Assembly: GCA_965203175.1 (NCBI GenBank)
Contig: OZ241867.1
Span: forward strand, 4,288,001 to 4,352,000
Direction: 5' to 3'
Origin: Candidatus Latescibacterota bacterium
Lineage (GTDB): Bacteria > Latescibacterota > UBA2968 > UBA8231
Length of the DNA stretch: 64,000 nt
Under the pieces are notes generated by a model that ran no database searches, was not told the origin of the DNA, and was given only the letters and a program-made list of their open reading frames with translations. Positions within the stretch are counted from its first letter, which is position 1. The number at the start of each line of letters is the position of its first letter. The translations under genes and the position numbers were made by a program. This document shows positions 18,591-28,669 of this stretch, piece by piece.

Positions 18591-20224
18591 AGGCGCGCTA
18601 CGGAATGGTCCTGCTGCTTTGTTGCAATGCTGCGGCGGAATCGCGTTTTGTCGATATCGCGCAATCCGCTGGGGTTGATTTCATCCACCGCAGCGGCGCG
18701 GCCGGCGCGCGCTATTTGCCCGAGACCTATGGCTCTGGAGCCGCGTTTTTGGATTTCGATGGCGATGGTGCGCTCGACCTGTACTTGGTCAACGCCGGGC
18801 GACTGCCTCAGTTGTCGGATGCGCCTGAAGCGGCCAACGCGCTTTTTCGCAACGAAGGTGCAGGCCGCTTCTCAGAGCAGACGGCGCAGGCTGGCGTCGG
18901 TGATCGCGGCTACGGCATGGGCGCAGCCGTTGGCGATTACGACAACGACGGCTGGGCCGACCTCTACGTCACCAATTTTGGCTCCAACGCGCTTTTCCAC
19001 AATCGCGGAGAGGGTCGCTTTGCCGATGTCACGGCCACAGCCAGCGTTGGCTGCCCGGGATGGGGGACGAGCGCGGCCTTTGCCGATGTGGATCTCGACG
19101 GGGATTTGGACCTATTCGTCGGCAACTACCTCGACTATCCAACCGAAGATCCGCTCGTGTGCCGGATCGGCAACAGCGAGGAGCGGCTCTACTGCGACCC
19201 GCGCAAGTTCGACGGCCAAGTCGACCGCCTCTATATCAACGAGGGTCGCGCCAGGGGTTGGGCTTTTGCCGACCGCACTGCAGCCTTCGGCCTCGCCAGC
19301 ACTGCCGGCAAAGAGTTAGGAGTCGTCTTTGGCGACTACGATCAAGACGGCGATCCTGACCTGTACTTGGCCAACGACCTCGTGCCCAACATGCTCTATC
19401 GCAACGACGGCGCGCGCTTTGTCGATCGCGGGCTTGCCAGCGGCACCAGCCTCAACGGCGAGGGGGTTGCCGAGGCCGGGATGGGAGTTGACATGGCCGA
19501 TGCAGACGGCGACGGCGACTTGGATCTATTCGTGACCAACTTCCAGTGGGAGAGCAACACCCTGTACAGCAACTTGGGTGGGGGGTTCTTTGCCGACGCG
19601 ACCGTAGCGTCGGGCATCACCCGTGCCAGTATGGCCTTTCTCGGGTTCGGCACGGGGTTTTTTGACTGCGACAATGACGGCGATCTCGACCTGTTTGTCG
19701 CCAATGGCCACGTGTACGACAACGTGGAAAAGGTCGATCGAGCGGCTGAGTACGCGCAGCGCAATCAGCTCCTAGAAAACACCGGTGCGGGCACTTTTGT
19801 CGACCGCGACGGCCGCGGCCCAGGACTGGCGCTGGTGCAGGTCAGTCGCGGTACTGCATTCGGCGATATCGACAGCGACGGCGACTTGGATATTGCGGTG
19901 AACAACTCCAATGAACGGCCAGCCCTGTTGCGCAACGACGCAGATGCCGGCGGGTGGTTGGGGCTTAGGTTGCGGGGCGCGGCGAGCAATCGCGACGCCA
20001 TTGGGGCGCGAATCGCGCTGACGACTGGCGGCCGCACTCTCGTGCGCGAGGTTCGCCGCAACGCGAGCTATCTGTCGTCGAACGATCCCCGAGTGCTCTT
20101 TGGCCTTGGGGATGCCGAGGTCGCCGAGCGGGTTGAGATCCGCTGGCCGTCCGGCGTCATCCAAGTTGTCGAGACCCTGCCCGGGCGGCAATACGTGGCC
20201 ATAGAGGAGGAGACTAGCCAGTGA
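18587..20224 (+). CDS. CRTAC1-family protein (FG-GAP/VCBS plus ASPIC/UnbV)
   Basis: Same motifs (DYDNDGWAD, SRGTAFGDIDSDGDLD, SYLSSNDPRVLFGLG, IRWPSG). GTGA overlap with the previous gene. Confidence 0.9.
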   Translation: MKARYGMVLLLCCNAAAESRFVDIAQSAGVDFIHRSGAAGARYLPETYGSGAAFLDFDGDGALDLYLVNAGRLPQLSDAPEAANALFRNEGAGRFSEQTAQAGVGDRGYGMGAAVGDYDNDGWADLYVTNFGSNALFHNRGEGRFADVTATASVGCPGWGTSAAFADVDLDGDLDLFVGNYLDYPTEDPLVCRIGNSEERLYCDPRKFDGQVDRLYINEGRARGWAFADRTAAFGLASTAGKELGVVFGDYDQDGDPDLYLANDLVPNMLYRNDGARFVDRGLASGTSLNGEGVAEAGMGVDMADADGDGDLDLFVTNFQWESNTLYSNLGGGFFADATVASGITRASMAFLGFGTGFFDCDNDGDLDLFVANGHVYDNVEKVDRAAEYAQRNQLLENTGAGTFVDRDGRGPGLALVQVSRGTAFGDIDSDGDLDIAVNNSNERPALLRNDADAGGWLGLRLRGAASNRDAIGARIALTTGGRTLVREVRRNASYLSSNDPRVLFGLGDAEVAERVEIRWPSGVIQVVETLPGRQYVAIEEETSQ

Positions 20225-21609
20225 CTAAATGGATTTCGTTCGCACTGAGCATTGCGCTGGCAGTCGGCTGCGAGACCAAGCCGGAAGCCCCGCCCGCTCA
20301 GCCGGTAATGCAGCCGCCTCCAGTTGAGGACCCGCTGCTGATCGGGCGTGCCCTGTTGCGGCAGAAGCGCTACGCGGATGCGCTCGAGGTGTATGGGGAA
20401 GCGCGCAAGCGCCATCCGCAGTCGGGCGAGGTGCTGGCCACGTTGGGCCGGATCCATTTGGCCTTGGGCCAGTCCGAAGAGGCGACCCAATTCTACGAAA
20501 TGGCCGTGGCCCTTGAATCCGATCAGCCCGAATGGCTCGTTGCCCTAGGCAATGTGCATCTGAAACTGAGCCGCTACGACGAAGCCCATGCCGCGTTTGC
20601 TGCGGCCTTGGCCTTGGACTCGACGTACGCGCCAGCGCGGCGCAACAAGGCGGCGGTGTACAGCAAGCAGGGGCGGTTGGGCGACGCCGCTCACGAATAC
20701 GAGCGCGCCTTAGCACTGCGTCCCGAACACCTCCACACCCGCTTTAACCTCGGGCTGGTGTACGCCGGTTTAGGCCGCTATGCAGACGCCAGCGAGGCCC
20801 TGCAACAGGTCTTGACGGCAGCGCCGAAAAATGCGCGCGCACTCTACGCGATGGGGGAAATTCGGCTACAGGACGACGACGACAAGGGAGCAGTCGAGTA
20901 CTTTGAGCGCACGCTGGCGGCCGACACTACGTACGCGGAGGCGCATCTGCAATTGGGGAGGATCCAGATGCGCCAAAACGATCTAGCGGCTGCGGCCGAT
21001 CACTTCCGCCGGACCATTCTAATCGAACCTGGGCTTGCCGAGTCCTTCCGTCTGCTAGGCCAGATCCACCTGCGGCAGGGCCGTGAGGCAGCCGGAGAAA
21101 AATCTCTCGCCGCCTACGAGAAGATTAAGCGGGTCGAAGGGGATATCCAGCGCTATCGCGAGCAGGTACGCAGCGATCCGGACGACGCCGAAGCTCATTA
21201 TAGCTTAGGTTTTATATACAACCGCTTAGGGTTTACCGGCGTGGCCCTGCCGCACTACGCCCAAGCTGTGCGGATCAACCCCGCACATGTGCGGGCGCTG
21301 AACAACATGGGCAATATCTACTTGCGCACTGGCCATTTCGATCAAGCGGCAGCCGCCTATCAGCAGATCGTCCAACAAGACCCCGAGCACGTGGCCGCCT
21401 TTGTGGCCCTCGGTCAGGTTTATTTGAACCAGCAGCGCACGGATGAAGCCATCGCCATGCTCAACCGCGCCCTCGCGCTCGACGAAAACTGGCTCGGTGC
21501 CCACCAAGCCTTGGCCGAAGCCTACAAGCGGCTGGGGCAGATTGCCAAAAGCGAAGAACACAAACGCATGGCCGACGCTTTGATTAGAAAGCAAAAAGAT
21601 GACCAATAA
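20221..21609 (+). CDS. Tetratricopeptide-repeat lipoprotein
   Basis: Lipobox AVGC, Pro-rich linker, many TPR units (RFNLGLVY, AHLQLGRI, AHYSLGFIY, ALNNMGNIY). Confidence 0.85.
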   Translation: MTKWISFALSIALAVGCETKPEAPPAQPVMQPPPVEDPLLIGRALLRQKRYADALEVYGEARKRHPQSGEVLATLGRIHLALGQSEEATQFYEMAVALESDQPEWLVALGNVHLKLSRYDEAHAAFAAALALDSTYAPARRNKAAVYSKQGRLGDAAHEYERALALRPEHLHTRFNLGLVYAGLGRYADASEALQQVLTAAPKNARALYAMGEIRLQDDDDKGAVEYFERTLAADTTYAEAHLQLGRIQMRQNDLAAAADHFRRTILIEPGLAESFRLLGQIHLRQGREAAGEKSLAAYEKIKRVEGDIQRYREQVRSDPDDAEAHYSLGFIYNRLGFTGVALPHYAQAVRINPAHVRALNNMGNIYLRTGHFDQAAAAYQQIVQQDPEHVAAFVALGQVYLNQQRTDEAIAMLNRALALDENWLGAHQALAEAYKRLGQIAKSEEHKRMADALIRKQKDDQ

Positions 21610-23362
21610 CGCGAAAAAATGGGTGGGGCTTGCAGCTTGTGCGCTCCTTCTTTGTTGCGCCCAAGAGTCGGCGGTCCCGACTGCGGAGAGTGGTGGTTTA
21701 GTGGTAGTTGGTACCGCTTTGGCCCAAGTTGGCGACGACCTAATCGACGAGCGCGAATTCCGCCGCTACGAAGCGCAGATCCAACCGCAGCACCACTCGT
21801 TAGCGCACGGCGTGGAAAAGCACCGCGAGCACCTGATAAGTTTGATCGACATCAAGCTCATGGTGCGCGAGGCGTATGCGCGGGGATTGGACAAAAATCC
21901 CGCATGGATCAAAGCTGTGGACCTAGCTCGGCACAAGGCCATGGTCGAAGCCTATATACGCAAGCAGGTCGGTCTACAAATCGAGATTTCCGAAGACGAG
22001 CTGCGAGCCAATTTTGCCGCGCATCCGGCTCGCCACGCCGTGCGCGGTGCGCACATCCTGCTCGACAGCCGCGCCCGCGCTGATTCTATCTACGCGGAGA
22101 TCACATCAGGTCGGGCCACCTTTGAGGACATGGCGCGCAAGCACTCGCTGGACGAGGCGACTGCGGCCGCTGGGGGCTGGTTTGATTCGTACTATGCCTT
22201 TGACCGGGTCTCAGACCGAGTGTACGAGCGCGTGTTCTCGTTGGACGTAGGCGAGGTCAGCCAGCCTTTTCGCACGCCCCAAGGCTGGGAAATCGCCAAG
22301 GTAGTAGATAAGAAATTGGTGCCTTTTGAGAAGTATCGCACGGTGATCCAGCGGGCGACTTTTCTCGAAAAAATCGAGAACTTGCGCAGCGAGCACATCG
22401 ACAAGCTGGTCGCCGAGAGCGGCTTGCGCCCGGTGGGGGAGCAGGTGCGGCGCTTCGTCGCGGCGTGGAACGAACAGCCTGGCTCGCCGCAGTTAACGCC
22501 CGAGGAGTGGGCCGCCCCGCTCTATGAGTACGATGGCGGCGTCATCACTGTGCAGCAGGGCAGCTATTTGCTGCACAATACGCGGCTGGGCCACGCCCAA
22601 ATCGACAGCGCCTTGCTCGACGATCGAATCCGCCGCCGTGGGGCACCAGATCTACTATTGGGCTTGGCGGCCGAGCGCGGTGGATACGGCGAGCGGCCAG
22701 AGGTGCAGGAGAAAGTGGAAGCCGAAAAGGAGCGGCTGCTGCTGCAAGGGCTGTGGGAAGAACTACTCGAAAATGCCCTAGCGGTGAGCGAAGAGGAAAC
22801 GCGTGCCCACTACGAGGCGCATCCAGAGATGTACTGGGCACCAGAGGAAATCGTGGTCCAAGAAATCATGGTCGCCGACGAGTCGCTTGCACAAGAGCTG
22901 CTGGAGCAGATTCGCAACGGGGCCGACATGGCCGCACTGGCAACCAAACACAGCATCCGCCGCGACGCGGATGAAAACGGCGGCCTCTACGCGCTGCGCG
23001 CATTTGAAAAAATCGTTTACAAGGAGCTAATGGACGCGGCCATATCCGCGCCCGAAAGGGAATTGCAAGGCCCAATTGAACTAGCCAGCCCCTTGCCGTC
23101 TTCCTTGCGCGACCCTCGCCCCTTAGAAAGGGCCTTTTCGATCTTCAAGGTCTTGCAGCGTCGGCCCAAGCGAGTGCAAGAATACGACTTGATCCAACAG
23201 AAGGCCTACTACTTGGCTCGGCAAGCAAAGCAACAGCGCGAATTGCGAACCCTCAACCTGCAGTTGCGCGACAAGTGGCACAGTGCATGGGGCATCAACG
23301 ACGACGCACTGGCTGAGTACGCACTCGCCGTTGATAGAGAGAAAAAAGCGCCGCTGCCGTAA
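21599..23362 (+). CDS. Parvulin-type peptidyl-prolyl isomerase/foldase (PrsA/SurA-like) with two PpiC domains
   Basis: VRGAHIL...FEDMARKHSLD...GG...GEVSQPFRTPQGWEI, and a second unit VQEIMV...DMAALATKHS...GG. Probable lipoprotein leader. Confidence 0.85.
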   Translation: MTNNAKKWVGLAACALLLCCAQESAVPTAESGGLVVVGTALAQVGDDLIDEREFRRYEAQIQPQHHSLAHGVEKHREHLISLIDIKLMVREAYARGLDKNPAWIKAVDLARHKAMVEAYIRKQVGLQIEISEDELRANFAAHPARHAVRGAHILLDSRARADSIYAEITSGRATFEDMARKHSLDEATAAAGGWFDSYYAFDRVSDRVYERVFSLDVGEVSQPFRTPQGWEIAKVVDKKLVPFEKYRTVIQRATFLEKIENLRSEHIDKLVAESGLRPVGEQVRRFVAAWNEQPGSPQLTPEEWAAPLYEYDGGVITVQQGSYLLHNTRLGHAQIDSALLDDRIRRRGAPDLLLGLAAERGGYGERPEVQEKVEAEKERLLLQGLWEELLENALAVSEEETRAHYEAHPEMYWAPEEIVVQEIMVADESLAQELLEQIRNGADMAALATKHSIRRDADENGGLYALRAFEKIVYKELMDAAISAPERELQGPIELASPLPSSLRDPRPLERAFSIFKVLQRRPKRVQEYDLIQQKAYYLARQAKQQRELRTLNLQLRDKWHSAWGINDDALAEYALAVDREKKAPLP

Positions 23363-23399
23363 ATTTTTTATACTATATAGTCTAGCGGGAGAAGAAGTT

Positions 23400-25451
23400 A
23401 TGAAACGTCTAGCGAATTTGTGGCTTTGGTTTCTCGTCGCAGCATCGGCTACGGCCGCGGCGGCGGACATTTCTTTGTGGCAGATCGGAGGGAGTGGCCT
23501 TCGGTGGGCCGATAGCGACTCGGCTCAAGTGATGATCGACTTTGCCAGCCCGAATAACTCAATCCAGCCGGTGCTGGTCAGCGCGGATACGACGGTCTTT
23601 CCCCTGCTCGAAAACTGGTCGCCAAAAAAGAATCCAGACGAGCTGGGTTTTGTCGATGGCGAGCGGCCCCGCGCTTGGAAGGGCCAGGCCGGCACCTCTT
23701 CGACGGTTGACAACGCGCTCAACCTCATCGACGGCAGCGGCAAGACGTACAATCCGGTGACTAGCAACAGCATTAACAGCGAGTACTACACCATTGATTT
23801 GGGGGTGCCGGTGCCGTTGTTCCGCTTTGCCATGAGCACGCCGGACAAGGGGTTTTTCCGCTCGGATGGAACCCCGCTAGAGGAAGACGCCATCCCGGCC
23901 TTTGAAGTGTCGATCGCCCCAGACACCAACAACGACGTGCTGCACACGCCCAACGGGCCCCCTATCGGGGAAATCATCGCCGAGGCGCGCGAGAATGTCG
24001 TCCCCAAGATTGTGGCTGATTTTCCCCTGCAATACGTGCGCTATGTCCGCTACAAGCGCAAGAATTCGATCCTCGACGAGGCGACGAATCAGTCGTCTGG
24101 GCATTCGGGCACGGCGCGCAAGGGGACGGTGGCCGAGTTCTTTCTCTGGGGAGAGGGAATCCCCAAGCGGGCCACGTACAAGACGTTCATTTTTGACCTC
24201 GGCACGGTCGTCAACTTCGGTCGGCTGTTCTGGAAGGCCACGCCCATGCGCCTAGTCGACGGCGTGGCCGAGGAAGCTCCGGATGCCAACGTGCAAATCG
24301 AGGTCGAAGCGCGCACTGGGATCGACGCAGATCCAGACATCTACTACGAATTCACGGATATGGGGACGCGCGTCGTCGTCGAGCAAAAACGCTATCAGGG
24401 CGTGCTGAAAAACCAGAGCGCGGCCGTTACGAATGCCGATGGGTTGGGCGGAACCCTGACTCTTTCCACGCGGCCCAAGCCGGGGCTCCGCGCTGGCATT
24501 GAGTACGACCAACAAAACTGGACGTTTTGGTCTTTTCCGACGACCGAGTCCGACCGACCCCTCAATCTCAATCGGGGATCCCATCTGCAAATTAAGGTGG
24601 TGCTGCACAGCGAGCGGTTCGACGAATTCGTGCGCCTCGATTCCCTGTGGATTGAGACCTCGCCGATCTTGGCCAGTCGCGTCGTGGCCGAGGTGGCCGA
24701 GCTTGGCCAGCCCAACCCGGCGCGCGGTGTGGCCGAGGTCCCCTTGGGCGAGATGACGGACTTCACCTACGACATCAAGGCGGAATTCGCGGCTGGTGAG
24801 GTGGGTTTTGACGCCCTGCGGATTAGCACCGGCAGCACCCAGACCGAGTTCAAAGGGCTGGAAGTGGATGGAATTGCAACCGATCCAGCCGGGGTAGAGG
24901 TTGTGGACGACGGCTTTGTGGTGCAGTTGCCGCAGCGCATAAACAGTGCCTACAATCCGAATTTACGGGTGACCTTTGCCGCCGAAGTCTTCGACTTTGC
25001 GCGCACCTTTGAAGGCGAGGTCTTTAACTCCGGTGGTACCGAGCTGCCACAGCCTGTCGAAAGTGGGGACGTCAGCGATGCGATCGGCACCAATAGCCTG
25101 CGGGTTTTGGCTGCAAGCGCGACCAATCCGCAGTTAGTGCAGGATGTGCGGTTTTCCAGCGGCGTGGTCACTCCTAACGGCGACGGAGTCAATGACGAGT
25201 TGGTCATTTCCTACTCGCTCTTCGCCCTGCCACAATCGGTGCCGGTGCAGTTGCAAGTGTTTTCGCTGGACGGTCGCCGAGTGGCTCAAGTCCAGCGCGG
25301 TCAGCAGGGGTCCGGTCCCCAGCAATTGCACTGGGATGGCCGCGACCAACGCGGTGAGACGCTCGCCCCGGGCCTTTATCTTTTGGGGATCGGCATTGAG
25401 GCCGAAGACAAGAGCGCCCTACAACTGCGGCCCATTAACATCGCTTATTGA
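23400..25451 (+). CDS. Secreted AY-tail family protein (copy 2)
   Basis: ATG 23400 begins a signal peptide. LIDG...YYTIDLGVPVP discoidin-like motif. VTPNGDGVND, WDG, LAPGLY. Ends INIAY. Confidence 0.7.
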   Translation: MKRLANLWLWFLVAASATAAAADISLWQIGGSGLRWADSDSAQVMIDFASPNNSIQPVLVSADTTVFPLLENWSPKKNPDELGFVDGERPRAWKGQAGTSSTVDNALNLIDGSGKTYNPVTSNSINSEYYTIDLGVPVPLFRFAMSTPDKGFFRSDGTPLEEDAIPAFEVSIAPDTNNDVLHTPNGPPIGEIIAEARENVVPKIVADFPLQYVRYVRYKRKNSILDEATNQSSGHSGTARKGTVAEFFLWGEGIPKRATYKTFIFDLGTVVNFGRLFWKATPMRLVDGVAEEAPDANVQIEVEARTGIDADPDIYYEFTDMGTRVVVEQKRYQGVLKNQSAAVTNADGLGGTLTLSTRPKPGLRAGIEYDQQNWTFWSFPTTESDRPLNLNRGSHLQIKVVLHSERFDEFVRLDSLWIETSPILASRVVAEVAELGQPNPARGVAEVPLGEMTDFTYDIKAEFAAGEVGFDALRISTGSTQTEFKGLEVDGIATDPAGVEVVDDGFVVQLPQRINSAYNPNLRVTFAAEVFDFARTFEGEVFNSGGTELPQPVESGDVSDAIGTNSLRVLAASATNPQLVQDVRFSSGVVTPNGDGVNDELVISYSLFALPQSVPVQLQVFSLDGRRVAQVQRGQQGSGPQQLHWDGRDQRGETLAPGLYLLGIGIEAEDKSALQLRPINIAY

Positions 25452-25462
25452 GGGAAGCACTC

Positions 25463-27919
25463 ATGTTCAATCGAGCCACCGCCTTAGTGCTGCTGCTCAC
25501 CTGCCACGCCCGCGCCGAGTTTCTCACCTTCGACAGCCAAGAGACCTGGGAGGCCAACTGGTCGCTTAAGCCGCAGTTAAACGTCTTCACCCCAGAGGGG
25601 CACTTGGGGCTGATCAAGTTCCGCAAGGACATCAATGCCACGCTCGACGCCCATCTCTTCGTCCACCCGACCAATGAGCGCGGGGATGTGCCCGGCGGCA
25701 TCTGGTCTGCGCTGAGTAACCCCAACACCGCTCCCCGGATCATAGACGGGGATGCAGCCACCTTTTGGAAGCCAGCCGGCGGCGACCCGCTCGACAAGTG
25801 GATCGTGCAAATCGACTTGGGTCGCGCGGTACTGGCCAAAGAGATCCGCCTCCACTTCCCCGATGAAGAGGGGGCCAAGCCCTTTCGTCAGTTCAGCGTT
25901 TTCGCTTCTACAGGTGCCCACGTGGCGGCCTTAGAGGACGTATATCGCTTCGCGCCAATCTATCGCACGACCAAGCCCAACTTGGATACGTATGTCAGCT
26001 TTGGGTTCAAGCCGGCTGTGGAGGATACCACCCGCGCTGTAGAACAACTGAGCGGTGCCGGAGGCAGCGCGGATTTTACCGCTCCGGAGTTTACCGGTGA
26101 TGCCAATACCGCCACCACGGGAGGTCGCAACAAGGTAGTGGCTACCGGCCAAGCGGATTCGCGGGTAGCCGCTAACTCTAGGTGGCAAATGATCCAGTTC
26201 ATCCGCTTCCTCGTCGATGAGCACCAGCTCGATGGCGCGCTTGCCGAAATCGAAGTCATTACCGTTGGCGACAACATCAGCCTTGGGGTCGAGGAAAAGG
26301 GCGGCACGTACATCAATGGATCGCGGGCGACCGACCCCTTCTTTTGGCTCGACGGAGATCTTAATACGTACGGGGTCATCGAGGTGCATCAGCAGTTTAC
26401 TGAGTCGCGCGGCACGGCCTATGAAGGGGGCTTGTGGTGGCAGGTGGATCTGGGGGCGACCTACTGGGTGGACGACGCGTTCGTCTATTGGCAAAAAGCT
26501 GGCGAGCGTCTGGCCGACTTCCGCTTGGGTACCAATAACGCCGGCACAGGGTACACTTTCTTCTCTTCCGACGGCACCAAGACCCTGACCGGTGAAATTG
26601 ACTTTGATACGTGGATTTTTGAACCGGAATGGGCCAACGAGCGCGAGAAATACAAGCGGCACTATCGCTATTTGTTCAATCCGCGCAAGGTGCGGCATAT
26701 CTTCTGGCTGGCCCTACACGACTTGGGTTGGCGCGCCCATCCCATGGAGCTACAGATGTTCTCCCCAGGCCACCCGGCCGAAGTCGTGATCCAATCCAAT
26801 TTTTTGGATCTGAGCGCGCTTGCTGGCGACGGACAGCCCAAGGTGATCAAGGCCCTCCACTACGACGCTGATCTGCCGCCCAATACTCAGATTGAACTGC
26901 GTTCCCGCTCGGGCAACGAGATGGGCGAGGTGTACACTTTTCACAACAAGATCGGCGAGGTCGTCACTGAGGAGAAGTGGAACAGCTCGCCCAAGGTACT
27001 GCGGGGCCGAGTGGATACCTCGGTCGTCGTTGGGGAGACTTGGAGCGAGTGGAGCAACGTGTACAAGCTGTCGGGCGAGCCTTTTAAGTCGGATTCGCCG
27101 CGCAAATTCGTGCAGCTAGAGTTGGTTATGAGCACGGAAGACCCGGAGGTGGCTCCCACAGTGCGCTCGGTCGAACTGGAGTTTGTCGATGCGCTGGTCA
27201 ACGAGGCGCGCGGATCGATTCTACCGCGCCAAGCCAAGCCCAACGAGGCTACCCGTTTCACTTATATGCTGTGGCCGTCCGTGACCCCGGAGAACACGGG
27301 CTTTGATCGCCTGCGCTTGGTCGTGCCCGACCTAGTGCAGGCCGAGGAAGTCGAGGTAATGATCGCCGGTCAGGTGGTCGTGCCAACCGCTATGGATATT
27401 GCCGCTGATTCGCTGCTGATCAACTTGCCGCAGGTAGTCCAAGGCGACTCCGTGCAGGTCGCTTTCACCACTCGGCTGGTGCGGAATGCCGCGGTTGTAG
27501 AAGCCGATCTGGGCCTGAGCGATGCGCCGGGCCTGTGGCAAGATGTCGAGCCGGCCGAGCGCCGATCTAACGTGGTACTTCTACCTGAACTGGCCGACAG
27601 CGACCGCTTGATTGGCGACTTGCAGCTTTCGAGCCGGGTACTCACGCCCAATGGCGATGGGGTCAACGACGCTGTGGAGTTGAGCTTTGTCGTCTTCAAG
27701 GCCCAAGATGCGGTGCCCATAGTCGAGGTGAGCGACTTGGTAGGCCGGCCCGTGGCCCAATTGACGCCGGTCTCAGAGGGACCGACTCGCCGCTTTGAGT
27801 GGAATGGCCAAAACGCAGCCGGCGCGATTGTGCCCCCGGGCATCTATCTCTGGCGCATAGACGTAAACGCAGACTCAGGCGATGCCATTGAGCTGCGCGT
27901 CGTCGAGGTGGCGTACTGA
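25463..27919 (+). CDS. Secreted AY-tail family protein (copy 3), two discoidin-like domains
   Basis: Signal peptide ending ARA. IIDGD..TFW..QIDLGR and WLDGD..WWQVDLGA. LTPNGDGVND. Ends VEVAY. Confidence 0.7.
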   Translation: MFNRATALVLLLTCHARAEFLTFDSQETWEANWSLKPQLNVFTPEGHLGLIKFRKDINATLDAHLFVHPTNERGDVPGGIWSALSNPNTAPRIIDGDAATFWKPAGGDPLDKWIVQIDLGRAVLAKEIRLHFPDEEGAKPFRQFSVFASTGAHVAALEDVYRFAPIYRTTKPNLDTYVSFGFKPAVEDTTRAVEQLSGAGGSADFTAPEFTGDANTATTGGRNKVVATGQADSRVAANSRWQMIQFIRFLVDEHQLDGALAEIEVITVGDNISLGVEEKGGTYINGSRATDPFFWLDGDLNTYGVIEVHQQFTESRGTAYEGGLWWQVDLGATYWVDDAFVYWQKAGERLADFRLGTNNAGTGYTFFSSDGTKTLTGEIDFDTWIFEPEWANEREKYKRHYRYLFNPRKVRHIFWLALHDLGWRAHPMELQMFSPGHPAEVVIQSNFLDLSALAGDGQPKVIKALHYDADLPPNTQIELRSRSGNEMGEVYTFHNKIGEVVTEEKWNSSPKVLRGRVDTSVVVGETWSEWSNVYKLSGEPFKSDSPRKFVQLELVMSTEDPEVAPTVRSVELEFVDALVNEARGSILPRQAKPNEATRFTYMLWPSVTPENTGFDRLRLVVPDLVQAEEVEVMIAGQVVVPTAMDIAADSLLINLPQVVQGDSVQVAFTTRLVRNAAVVEADLGLSDAPGLWQDVEPAERRSNVVLLPELADSDRLIGDLQLSSRVLTPNGDGVNDAVELSFVVFKAQDAVPIVEVSDLVGRPVAQLTPVSEGPTRRFEWNGQNAAGAIVPPGIYLWRIDVNADSGDAIELRVVEVAY

Positions 27920-27949
27920 ACTTACAACGACCCGCAGGAGCTTGAAGCC

Positions 27950-28612
27950 ATGTCGAACCTCGTGAGCATTTCCGCGCTAGCGGTACTCATCGCGCTCACG
28001 GCCTGCGCCCAAGGATCGGGCGCGAGGGCCAAACGCCAGTTGAACTTATCCGAGCGAGTGTTATCGGAGGCCCCGCCCAGCGTTACCGAGGGACAGATCG
28101 GGCCTTTGCTGATCCGGGGCCGCTCGGCCTATCAGAACAAAATCGAAAGGGCAATAGTGCGCGCCCAAACGCCGCCGCTGGAAGATCACGGTCTATTCGC
28201 CTTTTTCGGCACTGTTAATAAAAGCTACCTCCGCTCGCAGGTGACAGACCTCCATCTGGCGATCATCCCCCGTCTCATCAGGGAATTGCAAAGCAAAGGC
28301 GACGCCTTTAGGAGCAAAAATGTATCGCCTGAGTTCGCGGTTTCATTTGTGGTAACAGACCTCCATTTCTGGCAACAAATAACCCCGTCCCAAGTAATCA
28401 CTAGGAACCATCGGGCGGGCCACGGCCACATGCACTTGGAGCTAGAAATAAGGCACTTGGCAACCAACAAGGTGGAAGCGACGCATGTTCTGATCGGGCA
28501 AGTGGAAAAACCCGAGTCAGCCGGCGTGTACACTGTGGATGATCTACTCGATGAGGTCGCACAGCAGACGGGTGAGACTGTCGTAGAATTCATGAGGTCG
28601 TTGGAACTGTAA
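27950..28612 (+). CDS. Lipoprotein of unknown function
   Basis: AGGAG RBS, lipobox LTAC, fills the gap between paralogs. Confidence 0.65.
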   Translation: MSNLVSISALAVLIALTACAQGSGARAKRQLNLSERVLSEAPPSVTEGQIGPLLIRGRSAYQNKIERAIVRAQTPPLEDHGLFAFFGTVNKSYLRSQVTDLHLAIIPRLIRELQSKGDAFRSKNVSPEFAVSFVVTDLHFWQQITPSQVITRNHRAGHGHMHLELEIRHLATNKVEATHVLIGQVEKPESAGVYTVDDLLDEVAQQTGETVVEFMRSLEL

Positions 28613-28669
28613 AACCTTCTGGTGATGAGAAGTTTTACTTCAATATCAACGAGGCTTGCAGTAGCATGC

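Noticed and set aside
16899-20224. Enediyne biosynthetic cluster suggested by UnbV domains
   Set aside because: No PKS or other enediyne core genes; ASPIC/UnbV proteins are widespread outside such clusters.
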